DNA of 64,000 nucleotides, taken from assembly GCA_963768305.1 (NCBI GenBank), contig CAVYHE010000009.1, positions 96,001 to 160,000 of the forward strand. Reading direction: 5' to 3'. Position numbers and translations under genes: made by a program. Position 1 is the stretch's first letter. Every line of letters starts with the position of its first letter. Shown one piece after another: positions 62,217-64,000 of this stretch. The notes beneath the pieces were generated by a model. The model saw only the letters and a program-made list of their open reading frames with translations, was not told the DNA's origin and ran no database searches. The DNA is from an uncultured bacterium (GTDB lineage: Bacteria; Margulisbacteria; WOR-1; CAVSGV01).

Positions 62217-63806
62217 TTAGATCTGAACGTCAATAAGTTCAAAATTGCTCTTAAATAACTTCTCTGCAAGCGCTTCTTTTGCCGATTTATCCTTTGCTAG
62301 AAGAATATCAAGAACAGCAAATACCTTATGCGCCATCATAGTATAAAAAGTACTGTAGCTATTATTATTAAGGAATTTCTGCGGAGTATGATTGGCCACC
62401 ATCTGAGGACCTTTCATGCCCAAAAATATGTTACGCGGCCCTTCAAAAACCTGCAATTTTTGTGCATCGGCAGTTATCATTTTTGAGAATTCATCCCCCA
62501 TCCAGGAATCAAAACCCAGCATGTTGATGAATTTCTCATCCTCTTCCACTTGCACGCAAGCTGACTTTGAAAGTATATCTGTCGGCAGAATTTCTCCTTC
62601 ACGGAATTTAGCGCCATTTATCAAGCTTTCCACCTTTAACCCATAGAATGTGGAGTTCAAGACTTCGGGGTTCTTCCCTCCCCTGACGTATGAATACGGA
62701 ATTTTCGGGGTTTCAATAAGTTCTCCGTTGCCGAAATATCCCCCGCTCTGGTTATTGGCGTTCGCTATGGCCACGGCGAACATCGCAGACTCAGTGGAGC
62801 CGAATTTTTCCAGCAATGCCGGGAACAAATAATACCACAGGAACTCATCCCCGTTGGAGCTTGCTATCGTTTTTATGCCAAGGTTTTTCATCGCTTCCAA
62901 TATTCCGTACTGATATGAAAGCGTGGCGTTATCTCCGTGCCCCGCGGGATACAGTCCTGGCAGCGGCTTGGTCACATCGGCAATATCATAGCGTTGCAAC
63001 ACTCTCTGGTTCCAGCATATTATGTCATCTCCCCACTCATGGGCTTCAGGATTATCCGTTATATAATTCGAGAAAAAGGGAGCGCTTGCAAAAGAATTCA
63101 TTATGAAATGAGGTGTCCGCACTCCTATAGAACCGGATATCTTGCGGATAACATTGACCAGAATGCCTTTGAAGGTCTTGCCTGAGTTAGGGATCGGATA
63201 AAGGCTTCTGGGCGTTTGCGGGGTCACGTCATGCTTTCTGGCATAATCCGAATAATTCAATAGCTCTTTGCCCGCCCTTGTCCCCGCGCCCCCGCTTACA
63301 TCCAATATGCCGACGGAACCAAAACTGTTCGAATTCTCATTATGCTTCCACTTTTCAAGCCCTGCATCAAATTTTTCAAGAAAGTCTCCTGGGCTTTCAA
63401 AAAGGGGCTTCATTCCCTTGCGCTTATCATCATCCTTAAGCAGGCCATAGGTAAAGGGCATCATTTCGGTCCTTGGCATCGGGGTAAATTCCTTGTCAGA
63501 TAATCTGTTAGGCATCTCGATAACGTCCCTCTGAAAATTGAAGAAAGTATCAGCCAGCGCGATAGAATTGCTTCTATCGCTTACGCCTAAAGAGTTTATT
63601 TCTTGAGGGAGGGTAATGCAACTTCCAAGATACTTGATCCTTTTATTGATCTCCTGCTGCACCTGTAATTGCAACTTCATATCTTGGTTCTCAAAAGCTA
63701 ATGCCTTATGAAGATTGCCCGCTCCTGCTTTGCGGATATCGGACGCAGTTGCAAATCTGCTCCTGTGCGCAGCCGGAATAGCCTCAATGATCGATCTGAC
63801 CGCCAT
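62217..63806 (-). CDS. UDP-sugar pyrophosphorylase-like protein (eukaryote-type UDPGP family), paralog A
   Basis: SGGAGTR nucleotide loop, IMNSF, WNQ, YPAGHGD (PxGHGD), SSNGD (SNxD) and FLGMK (FxPxK-like). Confidence 0.75.
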   Translation of the reverse strand: MAVRSIIEAIPAAHRSRFATASDIRKAGAGNLHKALAFENQDMKLQLQVQQEINKRIKYLGSCITLPQEINSLGVSDRSNSIALADTFFNFQRDVIEMPNRLSDKEFTPMPRTEMMPFTYGLLKDDDKRKGMKPLFESPGDFLEKFDAGLEKWKHNENSNSFGSVGILDVSGGAGTRAGKELLNYSDYARKHDVTPQTPRSLYPIPNSGKTFKGILVNVIRKISGSIGVRTPHFIMNSFASAPFFSNYITDNPEAHEWGDDIICWNQRVLQRYDIADVTKPLPGLYPAGHGDNATLSYQYGILEAMKNLGIKTIASSNGDEFLWYYLFPALLEKFGSTESAMFAVAIANANNQSGGYFGNGELIETPKIPYSYVRGGKNPEVLNSTFYGLKVESLINGAKFREGEILPTDILSKSACVQVEEDEKFINMLGFDSWMGDEFSKMITADAQKLQVFEGPRNIFLGMKGPQMVANHTPQKFLNNNSYSTFYTMMAHKVFAVLDILLAKDKSAKEALAEKLFKSNFELIDVQI

Positions 63807-63843
63807 GAATAATTTCTCCTTCTCTTATATTGTCCCTATATAT

Positions 63844-63871
63844 TTATCGTCACTTTTATTGGAAAATTTCA
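63844..63871 (-). promoter_or_regulatory. sigma28-like promoter P9
   Basis: TGAAA-ttttccaataaaagt-GACGATAA. Confidence 0.75.
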
Positions 63872-63949
63872 CTTTTTTCAAAATATTTTACAATAAAACC
63901 CAAGGGGACAGACACACCTCAAAAATAGTGTAGTATCATTTGATAAAAG

Positions 63950-64000
63950 CTATATATTGACGTTTATCAATTCAAAATTGTTATCGAACAGGTCCTTGGC
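63950..64000 (-). CDS. 3' end of a third UDP-sugar pyrophosphorylase-like paralog
   Basis: Manual translation AKDLFDNNFELINVNI* matches the paralog C-termini AEKLFKSNFELIDVQI* and ADKLFKNNFELIDVQV*. Confidence 0.75.
   Translation of the reverse strand, partial: AKDLFDNNFELINVNI

Noticed and set aside
22751..63880. Recurrent motif as a mobile-element end or repressor operator
   Set aside because: It is non-palindromic and bipartite, has a fixed-length variable spacer, always faces a start codon and lacks target-site duplications, which fits a promoter better
40..63933. Plus-strand ORFs in the six-frame track
   Set aside because: They almost entirely overlap well-supported minus-strand genes and show no recognisable motifs; treated as shadow ORFs

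Overview
Bacterial genomic window (diderm; gene content resembles Candidatus Saganbacteria/Margulisbacteria-type genomes, which is an inference). Every recognisable gene lies on the minus strand. Positions 1-20 kb hold housekeeping genes: a compact flagellar rod/ring operon (fliK, flhB-C-like, flgF, flgG, flgA, panD, flgH, flgI, flgJ, fliA, flgB, flgC), rplY, mreBCD-mrdA, a SPOR protein, folC, an M50 protease, xerD, nudF, an M20 peptidase, thiL and thiC, preceded by sigma70-type promoters. Positions 20-64 kb are an accessory block of large surface and glycan-related genes. Most notable: a conserved motif TGAAA-N15-G(A/T)CGAT(A)(T/A), matching the spacing and -10 of sigma28/FliA promoters, occurs nine times upstream of these non-flagellar genes, and I found no copy in the housekeeping part. 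After correcting apparent single-base indels, the putative regulon includes a ~2,040-aa cellulose-synthase-like GT2, a ~2,700-aa GH26-TPR-beta-barrel-LysM protein, a WecB fusion, an NDP-sugar pyrophosphorylase, a tandem array of eukaryote-type UDP-sugar pyrophosphorylases, and repeat adhesins paired with PorV-like barrels. Several beta-barrel and surface proteins lack Sec signal peptides and instead have low-complexity leaders. Together this suggests an undescribed sigma28-controlled polysaccharide/surface-building programme, possibly exported through the flagellar type III system (hypothesis). Many genes, including mreC and flgG, carry single-base frameshifts that are most likely sequencing errors.
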